The notes beneath the pieces were generated by a model. It had not been told where the DNA came from. It did not search any database and was given only the letters and a program-made list of their open reading frames with translations. A DNA stretch of 64,000 nucleotides from Candidatus Collierbacteria bacterium RIFOXYD2_FULL_45_13 (lineage in GTDB: Bacteria; Patescibacteriota; Microgenomatia; UBA1400; MFAQ01): the NCBI GenBank assembly GCA_001774685.1, contig MFAS01000001.1, positions 801,444 to 865,443 of the forward strand, written 5' to 3'. Positions 41,684 to 51,566 of the stretch are shown here, one piece after another (position 1 is the stretch's first letter; each line of letters starts with the position of its first letter). The position numbers were made by a program, and so were the translations under genes.

Positions 41684-42001
41684 TTAAATCCTAATCAATA
41701 AAAATCTTAACATTTTGTCATCCATCTGCAAATCTTTCTCCAGGAGCTGGGCTGCTTCGGAAGTGCCTTCGATAGTCAGCTTTAGGTAATACCCTCGGCT
41801 CTGCTTTTTAATCTCGTAAGCCATAGTCTTCGTTCCCCATTTATCCACACTAATCACCTTGAGAGCACGCTTCTTGCACTTCTCAGCGATTTGTTTGTCT
41901 GCCCCAAGATCGTTCTCGGAGGAAGGATAGATGACAACGAGCTCGTACTTGTTTACGACGCCCATGGACGGTTTGGTTTCGGTTGTCTTTGTCTTTTTCA
42001 C
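41684..42001 (-). CDS. rpsF: 30S ribosomal protein bS6
   Basis: KYELVVI, WGTKTMAYEIKK, GYY; synteny rpsF-ssb-rpsR. Confidence 0.9.
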   Translation of the reverse strand: MKKTKTTETKPSMGVVNKYELVVIYPSSENDLGADKQIAEKCKKRALKVISVDKWGTKTMAYEIKKQSRGYYLKLTIEGTSEAAQLLEKDLQMDDKMLRFLLIRI

Positions 42002-42166
42002 AAATTTTTTATAATTATTACTTGTCCGCCTTTGGGCGGAACTTGGCTATTTTACTACAAACAGGTGCCCTCTGCCCGAGCGCCTTCCCCGCACAACAGC
42101 TTGACAATTCACCAAACAACCTATAGAATCACCCAAGTTCAAATCTTGCACCTGAAAAGAGGAAAC

Positions 42167-42544
42167 ATGAAGGCTATTTACTTTCTAAGGAACTCAGCAG
42201 TTGTGTTGTTTGTTGTCCTATCTGTAGTAGCGGCAATCGTTCAGTCAAAACCGATATTTCTCGCTGGCGTAGTGGCCTTAGCGATTAGTGTCATCCTTCT
42301 CAGCTTGACACCGGTTTTGCCCCCATCCACTTTACAAAAGACTATCAACAATATTTCCCTGATCTTGTTCATTATCATGATCGCCGCCATCTTGGTGACG
42401 GGTTTGGGTTCCATCATTCCGATGGCACTGGGCTATACACTCGTAGCCAACAGCATGTACCAAATTGCCTACTTCATCGCCCCATTTGCCATTTTTGCTG
42501 CGGGGAGTGCGATGCTCTCAGTTGACCGAACCAATTCGGACTGA
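42167..42544 (+). CDS. 4-TM hypothetical protein (accessory unit)
   Basis: TTGACA 42101, 17 nt, TAGAAT; TGCACCTGAAAA; terminator CCCCGCTTC-GAAA-GAGGCGGGG 42552-42579. Confidence 0.72.
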   Translation: MKAIYFLRNSAVVLFVVLSVVAAIVQSKPIFLAGVVALAISVILLSLTPVLPPSTLQKTINNISLILFIIMIAAILVTGLGSIIPMALGYTLVANSMYQIAYFIAPFAIFAAGSAMLSVDRTNSD

Positions 42545-42629
42545 CCCACTTCCCCGCTTCGAAAGAGGCGGGGCTTTTTATTGCCACAAAAATGCGCCTC
42601 CATAAGGAAGCGCAGAGATAAGAAAATCG

Positions 42630-42914
42630 TCAGAAGCCGAATATTGCACCACCGGACAAAATCGCCAACAGGAGTACAAAAATGATGTCTCCGCAAACAA
42701 TAATCAAGGCATAGCCCATGATCTTGCTCCATTCCTTGTAGGCCGGGTGGTATTGATTCCAAATATAGACGGCCGAGGCAAACACCACCAGATAACACAG
42801 GGCACCCATCAGCCAGGGCACTATACCTACAAAAACTGCCAGCCAGGTCATGAGCACAAAAACCACCAACTGGACACTTAATGCCACATAAGTCTTCTTG
42901 TTTTCACTTGACAT
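42630..42914 (-). CDS. Small membrane protein
   Basis: GGAGG then ATG (MSSENKK), about 3 TM. Confidence 0.68.
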   Translation of the reverse strand: MSSENKKTYVALSVQLVVFVLMTWLAVFVGIVPWLMGALCYLVVFASAVYIWNQYHPAYKEWSKIMGYALIIVCGDIIFVLLLAILSGGAIFGF

Positions 42915-42945
42915 GTGATCCTCCAAAACTGGTATTGGGTTGTTA

Positions 42946-43215
42946 CTAAACGGCCAACAGGAATATTCCACCCAGAACCAATCCTGAGCCAAGCATCATT
43001 AGGGAAAGATTCAAGCCTATAAACCCCAAAATACTTGCATCTCCGTCCTGGTCGTACTTTTTCTTGCTTTGATAGAGGGAAGTGGCAATAATCAACATTG
43101 CAGAGACCGCTCCCATCAGAAATGAAGGAAGTCCGGAGATGATCACACCGAAAATTAGAATCAAAATATTCAGTACGAAACAAACCACCGAAGCAATCAC
43201 TATATCTTTGTTCAT
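42946..43215 (-). CDS. Small membrane protein
   Basis: GAGGAG SD, about 3 TM. Confidence 0.68.
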   Translation of the reverse strand: MNKDIVIASVVCFVLNILILIFGVIISGLPSFLMGAVSAMLIIATSLYQSKKKYDQDGDASILGFIGLNLSLMMLGSGLVLGGIFLLAV

Positions 43216-43316
43216 TTACTCTCCTCAGAACCAAATTTTAGGGTACTTAGCAGCCCATTCTTACGTGCTTGGATACTACCACAAATCCACCTCGAAGTCA
43301 AGCTATGGGGTGTTAT

Positions 43317-44357
43317 TTAGGTTCCGATCATGAACTCAACCACATCTCCGTCTCTCATTGGATACTCCTTACCTTCGAACCTGACCTTTCCTTTTTCCGA
43401 AGCCTCTCTCCAACCGCCATGAACCACAAACTCGTCATAGTCACACACCTTAGCCTTAATAAACTTTTTCTCAAAATCGGTATGGATCACGGCGGCAGCT
43501 TGAGGAGCTTTTGTTCCCAACGGAATTGTCCACGCCCGGCTCTCCGTAATTCCGGTAGTTAGGAAGCTAATTAGTCCTAGAGTTTCGTAGGCATTTCTTA
43601 TCAGTTTGTCCAATCCCGACTCCTTAATTCCCAGATCAATCATGTATGCCCGTGCATCCTCTTCGGACAAACTTGAGAGTTCCGACTCCACCTTCGCGCA
43701 TATATATAACTCATCGGAAGCTACAGTTAGTCTTGGATCATCCTCACTAACATTAAAAACCTTGATCTCCTTCTTCATCGTCAACAAAAACAAATCCCTC
43801 GCCAGCTCAATCTCTTCTCCTGCGAGGATACTCCTTGCAGGTTTGCCAGCATTGAGTCCTTCAAAAAGTTTCTCTATCACTCCCCTTTTCTTCTCTTCAC
43901 CTTTGATCTTTAGATCTTTTGAGTTTTTAATTCTTTCTACGGTCTCCAGATCCTTTAAGATTAGTTCGGTTTCGATAACTTCATAATCGGTTTTTGGATC
44001 AACACTACCCTCTTTGACAATTTCTGAATCTTTAAAATCCCTTAAAACCTGCAGGATCACATCTACATCTCGTATATGAGTCAGAAACTTATTGCCCAAA
44101 CCGGCACCGGTAGCCGCCCCAGCCACCAATCCGGCAATATCTACAAACTCCACCGTCGCCGGGACTATTTTGACACTCTTGGATATTTCCGCCAACACCT
44201 TCAGCCTTTCATCTGGAACTTCCACAATACCCACATTTGGCTCAATGGTTGCAAAAGGATAGTTTGCCACCAAAGCCTGTTGACGCTTTAACAGCGCATT
44301 AAAAAGCGTCGACTTCCCCACATTTGGTAACCCCACGATTCCAATCTTTAATCCCAT
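43317..44357 (-). CDS. ychF: Ribosome-binding ATPase YchF
   Basis: GLPNVGKST, ANYPFATIEPN, DIAGLV, GLGNKFL, TGS domain. Confidence 0.96.
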   Translation of the reverse strand: MGLKIGIVGLPNVGKSTLFNALLKRQQALVANYPFATIEPNVGIVEVPDERLKVLAEISKSVKIVPATVEFVDIAGLVAGAATGAGLGNKFLTHIRDVDVILQVLRDFKDSEIVKEGSVDPKTDYEVIETELILKDLETVERIKNSKDLKIKGEEKKRGVIEKLFEGLNAGKPARSILAGEEIELARDLFLLTMKKEIKVFNVSEDDPRLTVASDELYICAKVESELSSLSEEDARAYMIDLGIKESGLDKLIRNAYETLGLISFLTTGITESRAWTIPLGTKAPQAAAVIHTDFEKKFIKAKVCDYDEFVVHGGWREASEKGKVRFEGKEYPMRDGDVVEFMIGT

Positions 44358-44376
44358 GAACCTATTTTACCCCACC

Positions 44377-44586
44377 TCAATCTCGATCTCGCAACTTATG
44401 TTTGAAACTAAATATCTGGCGCCACGGTTTGTGTCGGTCGACGACAAGCGTCCAACCCAAAATTTGCAACCCAATTAGTGCCACCCACCATCCGGGCAGA
44501 ACCGGAAGAATCATCCCGGCAACCCCAAAAACAATGAGAAATATTCCCAGCATTGTACGGAATGTTGATTTGAGATTCTGTTTCAC
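44377..44586 (-). CDS. PGPGW-like small membrane protein
   Basis: GVAGMILPVLPGWW. Confidence 0.65.
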   Translation of the reverse strand: MKQNLKSTFRTMLGIFLIVFGVAGMILPVLPGWWVALIGLQILGWTLVVDRHKPWRQIFSFKHKLRDRD

Positions 44587-44677
44587 TAATATCAGTATAC
44601 TTTAAGCCTTCGTCCTCTTCACTAAAAACAAAATCCCGTCTAATGAGACGGGATCAGATTACTCGATAACGCAATCG

Positions 44678-45193
44678 TTACGTGGGCAACTTTTCTCCAT
44701 ACCAGAGATCGGACAACAACGACTTTTTTTGTTTGTAGGCCTCTACAGCCGCTTTATCCCCAAAACTGTTCAGACAATTCAAGACTTCCTTCTCACTCAT
44801 ACCAAACCCTGAGGCATGTACCACCAATTGTCCCACAATATCAGCCAAGATTAGCTCTTCGGCATATGTTCCGCATAAAACAAAAAGGTGACTTCTTCTG
44901 GAAACATTAAAAAAGCGTAGTTGTTTTGCGTACTTACGGATAAAAGACTTTATTCTCCTTCTCGAGGATTTTATTTGCACGGGTAACTCTTTCCGGTGTC
45001 CATTCATCTTGATTGCTTTCAAGAATGAGGGGTTAACCTGGACAAACATGTCATAACCATCTTCGTCTTCGTCACCATTTTGCACAGTTTCCCGTATTTC
45101 AATAACCCATGGTCTCTTTTTGAATACCCGGCTTACGGTATCACACGACTCCTTGCCTCTCGCATCAGAATCAACATCATCCGGCTGCTTCAA
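44678..45193 (-). CDS. PD-(D/E)xK nuclease-like protein
   Basis: RGKES...GYDMFV...PVQIKSS; GGAGGTG SD; terminator ATCCCGTCT-AATG-AGACGGGAT 44633-44654. Confidence 0.55.
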   Translation of the reverse strand: MKQPDDVDSDARGKESCDTVSRVFKKRPWVIEIRETVQNGDEDEDGYDMFVQVNPSFLKAIKMNGHRKELPVQIKSSRRRIKSFIRKYAKQLRFFNVSRRSHLFVLCGTYAEELILADIVGQLVVHASGFGMSEKEVLNCLNSFGDKAAVEAYKQKKSLLSDLWYGEKLPT

Positions 45194-45251
45194 ACATTAC
45201 ACCTCCATTTTCAAGGATCGTGCTCCAATTTTACTCCTATTTTGGCGGAAA

Positions 45252-46369
45252 CTATTTTTTGGTTGGTCTAAGAACTACATGAGTGAACTCTTTACCATCG
45301 CTGTCCTTCCACTGAACACTGGATGCGTCACATTCTATTTTTTTACCCGACTTTGAAATAACACAAAATTTTCCCCGATATTTTCTCCTCTCATCTCTCT
45401 CCCGCAATAATTTAGGGAAACGTTTGTCCGATTTGTCCACCACCCCCTCTCGACCGATTTTTCTCAGCTCCTCCACAGTCCTTTCCAAAAGACGGCACGC
45501 CTCAGGATTGGCATCGATAATACCTCCATCTGCTGTCACAAATAAGATTGCCTCCAAACTATTTTCAAAAAAAGTCTATGCCTTTGCTCACTTTCAACCA
45601 ATCTCCTGGTCGCCCTTCGTTCTCCAGTGACGTCAGACTGAATCGTGACACAGACATCACCATATTCTGAGTTGAACGATTTCACAGCTGTAGCATCGGT
45701 CAAAATCTGGGTTCCGTCCTTCCTAATGTTTTCCACCAAACCGGTCCATCTACCATTCTTCTCGATTTCCTTAATAATCATTTGGCTCGTTTCTGCCTGT
45801 GTATGACCTAAGGCCGGATTGTTGAGAATGCTAATCTCTCTACCCAGCAACTCGTTTTTGTCGTACCCAAAAATTTCCTCAAATCGCCTATTTGCATAGA
45901 CAATCGAACGGTCCATCTTTGTCACCACCACCCCTTCACCCAAATTTTCCAACAACATACTATGCAATTGTTGTAGATCTTCTGCTTTCTTTTTCTCCGT
46001 CACATCTCTGGTATACCAAATCCTGCCATAAACCAAACAGTCCGCTCCGATCATAGGAAAGGTGTGCAGGTCAAAAGATCGACCGTCTTTTAAATACACC
46101 TCGTCTCGGACCACTTTGTTGCTGGCTTTTGTCAATTTTTTTCCCACCGATAAGAATATTTCCGAGTTGCGAAGCAGCTTAGCCGTGTACTTCATAATTG
46201 CTCCAAAGTTCCTGGTCTTTAACACTCTCTCAGGCAAAAGCCACATTTTCTTTGCAATCTCGTTTATCATCAAGACTTTCCCCTGATTATCAGTCAGCAT
46301 CACACCATCGCCACTTCGACTCATCTCATCACCAAAAGGATCTATATCTGAAACTAGATCGTCTTTCAT
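45252..46369 (-). pseudogene. PAS-only sensor protein split by a frameshift in a T7 run
   Basis: ORFs 45536-46369 and 45252-45557 fuse as RLFFENSLEAIL if the run at 45567-45573 gains one base. Confidence 0.7.
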
Positions 46370-46474
46370 AATAAGTGAATAATTACCACTCCAATTTTAC
46401 TCTATTCCACTCACACGCACCAGACTACACAAAAAACCAGGCCCTTGACTTTCGTCTTGGCCTGGAAAACAGGG

Positions 46475-47083
46475 CTATTTCTTACTTTGATCTTTGAGCC
46501 AAAGCAACGCAAGTACAGTCTTCGCATCGCAAATTATGCCCAGTCTCACCATTTCGAAAGCTTCTTCCACGGGAATGATGTGTTTCTTCGTACACTCCCC
46601 CTCATTCACAAGCCCAGACAAAGCACCATCGTCACCGAGACCGGAAACTGTGGTGTAGTACACCCACATCTTCTCGGAAGTCCCTCCAGGGGAAAGATAG
46701 ACGGAGGATATCAGCTGAAACTGACCAAGCTTCACAGTCAGTGCTGCCTCTTCAAAAATTTCATGCTTCAAGCAAGCAATCGGATCCTCACCTGGGGTCA
46801 AGGTCCCGGCTACCAACTCGAAAATCGTCCCTTTAATGGCCGGCCGGAATTGCTCCACAAGCGCGATCTTATCCACAACGGGATCATGGATCAGAACCGC
46901 TACAGAATAGCCTCGCTCCAAAACCCCCCAATCAAACGGGTAGGTCACCTCTTTGCCGTCAAACCCCTCGTGCCTAATGTGTCGCTTCAGGAACTTAAGA
47001 GGTCCTGCTGACCCCACCAAAATATCAGCCAACTCATAGACTATCAATGTTGTTGGTTTCCTAAGGGCAATCGATTTTTTCAT
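46475..47083 (-). CDS. ADP-ribose pyrophosphatase-like NUDIX hydrolase
   Basis: VEQFRP, ELVAG, EIFEEA, SPGGTSE, DAKT. Confidence 0.82.
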   Translation of the reverse strand: MKKSIALRKPTTLIVYELADILVGSAGPLKFLKRHIRHEGFDGKEVTYPFDWGVLERGYSVAVLIHDPVVDKIALVEQFRPAIKGTIFELVAGTLTPGEDPIACLKHEIFEEAALTVKLGQFQLISSVYLSPGGTSEKMWVYYTTVSGLGDDGALSGLVNEGECTKKHIIPVEEAFEMVRLGIICDAKTVLALLWLKDQSKK

Positions 47084-47201
47084 CGTTCCTCCGATAAGTT
47101 TTGAATGTAATTTCAGAGTACTATCCTATATTTTAACAGGAGCGTCATTTTTTTGCTGATCAACCTCTTGACATCCTGCTAGATAGTGTTATAATAACAC
47201 T

Positions 47202-48092
47202 ATGATTGAGAAAATGCAAGTACCGGAATACTCCATGGGTCTAAGAAAGCGTATCTACGATGCACTACATCTGGACCAAGGCCCTCTCGGAGATGTCACC
47301 TCCCTTGCTCTCATCGAGAAAGAGCGACTGGCTACGGCAGAGTTTGTTGTAAAAGCAGACGGAGGAATAGTCTCGGGTATTGAAGTAGTCAAAGTCGTCT
47401 TTGAACTAGTCGATCCAAAGATAGAGTTTTCTCCCCTGCTCAAAGACGGAGACTCTGTCAAAAAAGACGATGTCTTTGCCACTGTCACCGGACCGGCTAG
47501 AAGTGTCCTTGCCGGAGAAAGAATCGCCCTCGAGTTTCTTCGCCGTATGAGTGGCATCGCCACCAAAACTCAGCAATTTGTTACAGCGGTTGAGGGTACA
47601 GGAGCCACCATTCTCGATACCCGCAAGGTTCTTCCGGGCTATGGAGAACTAGACAAGCAAGCGGTTAGGAATGGTGGCGGAAGCAATCATCGCACCAACC
47701 TCAGTGAGATGGGTTTAATTAAAAACAACCACATCGATGTCTTGGAAGGAGATATTGCCAAGGCGATTCAATTATTCCGAGCAGCCTACCCAAACGTACC
47801 CCTCGAGGTTGAAGTCCGCAATGAAGCCGAACTGATAACGGCACTGGTCAACACTCCGGATAGAATCTTACTGGACAACATGGATAACGAATATACGGGA
47901 ATGGCTGTTGGAATCAGAGATGAATTTACAAATATACACGGCACCAAGATACCCCTCGAAGCCTCCGGAAATATGACTCTGGATAGAGTTAGAAGTGTCG
48001 CCGAAACCGGTGTCGAGTATATTTCCGTAGGGTCACTCACCCACTCAGTCGAAGCCTTCGACATTTCCTTACATATTAGTTTTAACAAGTGA
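47202..48092 (+). CDS. nadC: Quinolinate phosphoribosyltransferase
   Basis: GDVTS, SGIAT, DTRK, IKNNH, EVEV, LLDNM, EASG. Confidence 0.95.
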   Translation: MIEKMQVPEYSMGLRKRIYDALHLDQGPLGDVTSLALIEKERLATAEFVVKADGGIVSGIEVVKVVFELVDPKIEFSPLLKDGDSVKKDDVFATVTGPARSVLAGERIALEFLRRMSGIATKTQQFVTAVEGTGATILDTRKVLPGYGELDKQAVRNGGGSNHRTNLSEMGLIKNNHIDVLEGDIAKAIQLFRAAYPNVPLEVEVRNEAELITALVNTPDRILLDNMDNEYTGMAVGIRDEFTNIHGTKIPLEASGNMTLDRVRSVAETGVEYISVGSLTHSVEAFDISLHISFNK

Positions 48093-48093
48093 C

Positions 48094-49194
48094 ATGACTA
48101 AATTACTCACTCAGGAAGAAATCTACAACTCACTTAAGACCAAGTATTCTCAGTACTCTCCAGATTTTGAACTTCAAATCAAAGCTGGACAAATGGCCAA
48201 ACTCAACCGTTTGGTCAAAGAAAAAAACGCCGTGATTCTCAAACACAACTATATGAGCTGGGATCTCCAATGCGATGAGGTGTTGGGGATACGAGGAGAC
48301 TCCCTAGAGCTTTCTCGCAAAGCCACAGAAACTGACGCCGACACTATCCTCTTTTTGGGTGTGAAATTCATGGCCGAAACCGCCAAAGTTCTCAACCCCA
48401 AGAAAACCGTGCTTATCCCCTCACTCAAGGCTGGCTGTTCGTTGGCCGCCAGCATTACCGGCGCCGATGTTCGCAAGTTAAAACAAATATTTCCGGGTAT
48501 TCCCGTGGTTGCCTATGTAAACACTGACGCCGATACCAAATCGGAAGTGGACGTCTGCTGTGCTTCCGGTAATGCCGCCAAAGTGGTCAGGTGGGCCATG
48601 AAAGAATGGAAAACCAATAAAGTTATTTTCCTCCCGGATAAGTTCTTGGCCCAAAATGTCGCCAATGAAATGAACGCCGATATATATTTCCCCAACATGA
48701 CTGTCGATCCCAAAGAAGTACAAAAAGATTTCGCACTTCGCGTCAACAACTCCGTACCAAACACACCTATTTTCATCGGCTGGGAAGGAAAATGTGAAGT
48801 TCATGAGAAGTTTACCCCCCATGACGTTGACAACCTTCGCCACGACTTCCCTGGAGTCTATATCATGGCTCACCCGGAGTGTCCTCCGGAGGTAGTTAAA
48901 AAAGTAGATTTTGCCGGGTCCACCGGAGAAATGATCAAAAAAGTCACCTCTCCGGACATACAAGACAAACAAGTGGCCTTCTTTACCGAATGCGCCATGG
49001 TCGAAATACTAGCCGCCCAACACACAAATGTTTTACAGGTCTGCTCAATTCAGAAACGCTGTCCACATATGGCTCAAAACAATCTGGAGACAGTTATCGA
49101 AGCTTTAGAAAAAATGCAGTTTGAAATTACCGTGCCAGAAGATCTTCGGAAAAGTGCCGAGCTCCCTATCCGCCGCATGATCGCCATCAAGTAG
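48094..49194 (+). CDS. nadA: Quinolinate synthase
   Basis: HNY, GDSLEL, FMAETAK, AGCSLA, CEVH, AHPEC, CPHM. Confidence 0.95.
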   Translation: MTKLLTQEEIYNSLKTKYSQYSPDFELQIKAGQMAKLNRLVKEKNAVILKHNYMSWDLQCDEVLGIRGDSLELSRKATETDADTILFLGVKFMAETAKVLNPKKTVLIPSLKAGCSLAASITGADVRKLKQIFPGIPVVAYVNTDADTKSEVDVCCASGNAAKVVRWAMKEWKTNKVIFLPDKFLAQNVANEMNADIYFPNMTVDPKEVQKDFALRVNNSVPNTPIFIGWEGKCEVHEKFTPHDVDNLRHDFPGVYIMAHPECPPEVVKKVDFAGSTGEMIKKVTSPDIQDKQVAFFTECAMVEILAAQHTNVLQVCSIQKRCPHMAQNNLETVIEALEKMQFEITVPEDLRKSAELPIRRMIAIK

Positions 49195-49240
49195 TGGTGA
49201 TAAAATATTGAGGATCAACTTTCAAAGGAGGTACTTTTAT

Positions 49241-49774
49241 ATGACCCAAGATTTGTTAAGGTTTACCTGGAATCATGGTACTTACACCATCCCGGCGGAC
49301 ACCGAAAAACGCAAGATCCTACTCCCCAGCGGCCGGCTTCTGACCTTCAACGGCTTTCTCGAAAGTTTTCCACCTCAGCTCAGGGAACTTCGCGAGTTCA
49401 ACTTCCACATCGAAGTTGGACCAGGATCCAATCTTTCAGTGGTCGCGGATCAGCTGGACGCCGTTCTGGCCAAAGCCGTCACCGTCACCCTGGTGAAGAC
49501 TTGCCCACAAGGCTGTATGAATCAAACCGGAACCTTCTGCTCCAACTGCGGCTCCCGTCTGGAAGTGAAAGAGGTTGTCCTGCCCTTCGTTCCCGACAAA
49601 CCCAAACCGTTCCAAAATCCAGCCAACTCCGTAGACGTCATAGGCAGCGGTCCTTGCCCTAACTGCCACCAGCCCCTGGATCATGGAGCTCACGCCAGCT
49701 CGTGTCCCAATTGTGGACAAAAGCTCAACTGGACCTGTCGCGGCGGAATTAACATGCGCTGTACCCTTTCATAG
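49241..49774 (+). CDS. Double zinc-ribbon protein
   Basis: CPQGC, CSNCG, CPNC, CPNCG; AAGGAGG SD; terminator ACCCCGC-CTCACA-GCGGGGT 49803-49830. Confidence 0.72.
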   Translation: MTQDLLRFTWNHGTYTIPADTEKRKILLPSGRLLTFNGFLESFPPQLRELREFNFHIEVGPGSNLSVVADQLDAVLAKAVTVTLVKTCPQGCMNQTGTFCSNCGSRLEVKEVVLPFVPDKPKPFQNPANSVDVIGSGPCPNCHQPLDHGAHASSCPNCGQKLNWTCRGGINMRCTLS

Positions 49775-49839
49775 ACAGTCTGCACTAAATCTTCAACATA
49801 CCACCCCGCCTCACAGCGGGGTTTTCTTTTAATATGGAA

Positions 49840-50595
49840 CTATTTCTTATTGTCTCCAGCAATCATCTTCATCGCTTCTTGAACTGTCGTCATGAACTGA
49901 GCCGGGAAAATAATCGTCGAATTCTTTTCTACCGATATCTCTGCCATCGTCTGCAAAGTTCTCAGTTGCAACGCCACGGGATGAGCCGCAATTACATCGG
50001 CGGCTTCGGCCAATCTTTTCGCTGACTGAAACTCTCCCTCCGCCGCCACGACCTTGGCTCTTCTCTCACGCTCCGCTTCGGCTTCTTTAGCCATCGCTCT
50101 TTGCATGTTATCCGGTAATGCAATATCTTTGATCTCTACCGCCGTTACTTGAGCGCCCCACGGCTCAGTGTGTGTGTCGATCACTTTTTGAATCTGCTTA
50201 TTTATTTCCGTAGTTTGGGACAAAAGCTGGTCAAGGGTAAACTGCCCAACGACATTTCTGACGGTCGTCTGAGAAATCTGATTTACCGCAGAATAGACGT
50301 CATCGATCGCCACTACAGATTTCTGCGGATCAACCAGATGGTAATAGGCCACCGCCGCGATATCGATAGAGACGTTATCTTTCGTAATAATCTTCTGTGA
50401 AGGAATACCCATGGTAATAGTACGGAGCTGGACCTTGCGCATGACCTCCAAAAAAGGAATCAAGATTATGAGGCCGGGACCACGAACACCGGTACACCTG
50501 CCCAAGAAAAAGATCACTCCTCGCTCGTACTCCTGAACGATCTTCAAACTGGCAAATAACACCACCAAAATAGCTACGATTACTGGTATTTCCAT
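49840..50595 (-). CDS. SPFH/stomatin (slipin) family protein
   Basis: GPGL, ITKDNV, QTTVRNVVG, AEAERERRAK, LQLRTLQT. Confidence 0.93.
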   Translation of the reverse strand: MEIPVIVAILVVLFASLKIVQEYERGVIFFLGRCTGVRGPGLIILIPFLEVMRKVQLRTITMGIPSQKIITKDNVSIDIAAVAYYHLVDPQKSVVAIDDVYSAVNQISQTTVRNVVGQFTLDQLLSQTTEINKQIQKVIDTHTEPWGAQVTAVEIKDIALPDNMQRAMAKEAEAERERRAKVVAAEGEFQSAKRLAEAADVIAAHPVALQLRTLQTMAEISVEKNSTIIFPAQFMTTVQEAMKMIAGDNKK

Positions 50596-50699
50596 AGCTC
50601 AAGTATAGCACCGGAAAATTGACTTTTCCGGCGTTTTGTGGTACTATAGGGCGTTCTCTTACGCACGTTCTTTCACAATCTATCCCCTTTGGAGAAAAC

Positions 50700-51059
50700 A
50701 TGAAACCACTTTCAATCGTCTTTTATGTTGCCATGCTCGGTGTTCTCATTCTCTTCGGAGCTTCCTCTGAGCTTGGTTTAGGCATGCCAACGGTCCCGAA
50801 CACCGTGATTGCCGGCCTGCTCTTTCTCATGAGTTGTCTTTTCATCGGCGACATGCACAAAGGTGAACTTCTGTGGTCAAACCGAACCTCATTCTTTGGT
50901 ATCTGGATGCTGTCGGCTTTCACCATGTCCCTCATCGTCTCGTTGATCCTCATGGTTATGTGGGGCTTTGCAGGGCTCGTCGTCAGCCCCATCTGGGCTA
51001 TCGTGCTCGCCATGCTCATCTTTGACCACGGACTCAGTGTCTACCTAGCCGCCAACTAA
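50700..51059 (+). CDS. 4-TM hypothetical protein
   Basis: TTGACT 50619, 17 nt, TACTAT; CGTTCTTTCACA; GGAG. Confidence 0.72.
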   Translation: MKPLSIVFYVAMLGVLILFGASSELGLGMPTVPNTVIAGLLFLMSCLFIGDMHKGELLWSNRTSFFGIWMLSAFTMSLIVSLILMVMWGFAGLVVSPIWAIVLAMLIFDHGLSVYLAAN

Positions 51060-51074
51060 ACAAGGAGTAACGAC

Positions 51075-51404
51075 ATGAAATCCATTTCTAACTTTTGCTT
51101 CACCGTCACCCTGACACTTGTCATCTGTTCTCTCCTGGCTCCATTGGCCGGCCTGCAGATTACCACTGGCGGAGCCATTCTGAATGGCCTGATGTTTGTG
51201 GCCGCCTGTATCTTCGCCGGCTTCAACCACAAAGGCGAACGACAAACTCTGGTGCTGATCAACCTCTGCATCGCGACCCTTGTCAATTTTGGAAGCATTG
51301 GGTTTCTAATGTTCGGCCCCTGGGTCGTTTCCAACGTGATTCTTGTTATCGCCTGGCAGCTTGGCTCAATCATCTACGCCGAACTATCCTACTCAAGGAG
51401 CTGA
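51075..51404 (+). CDS. 4-TM hypothetical protein
   Basis: AAGGAG SD, hydrophobic. Confidence 0.7.
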   Translation: MKSISNFCFTVTLTLVICSLLAPLAGLQITTGGAILNGLMFVAACIFAGFNHKGERQTLVLINLCIATLVNFGSIGFLMFGPWVVSNVILVIAWQLGSIIYAELSYSRS

Positions 51405-51405
51405 T

Positions 51406-51474
51406 ATGGACTTCATCGGATATCTTCTTCTGTTCTTGATCCTGCTTGTCCTGATCTTAATCGATGTTTCTTGA
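51406..51474 (+). CDS. 22 aa single-TM peptide (possibly a frameshifted 40 aa gene)
   Basis: AAGGAG SD; MDFIGYLLLFLILLVLILIDVS; terminator CCCGCC-GCAA-GGCGGG 51541-51564. Confidence 0.45.
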   Translation: MDFIGYLLLFLILLVLILIDVS

Positions 51475-51566
51475 CGTCGCAACTGACCAGCTCAGAGATA
51501 TCTGCGAGCTTCTCAGAAAGAAATAGCTTATCTCACCCACCCCGCCGCAAGGCGGGTCTTTTTTGG

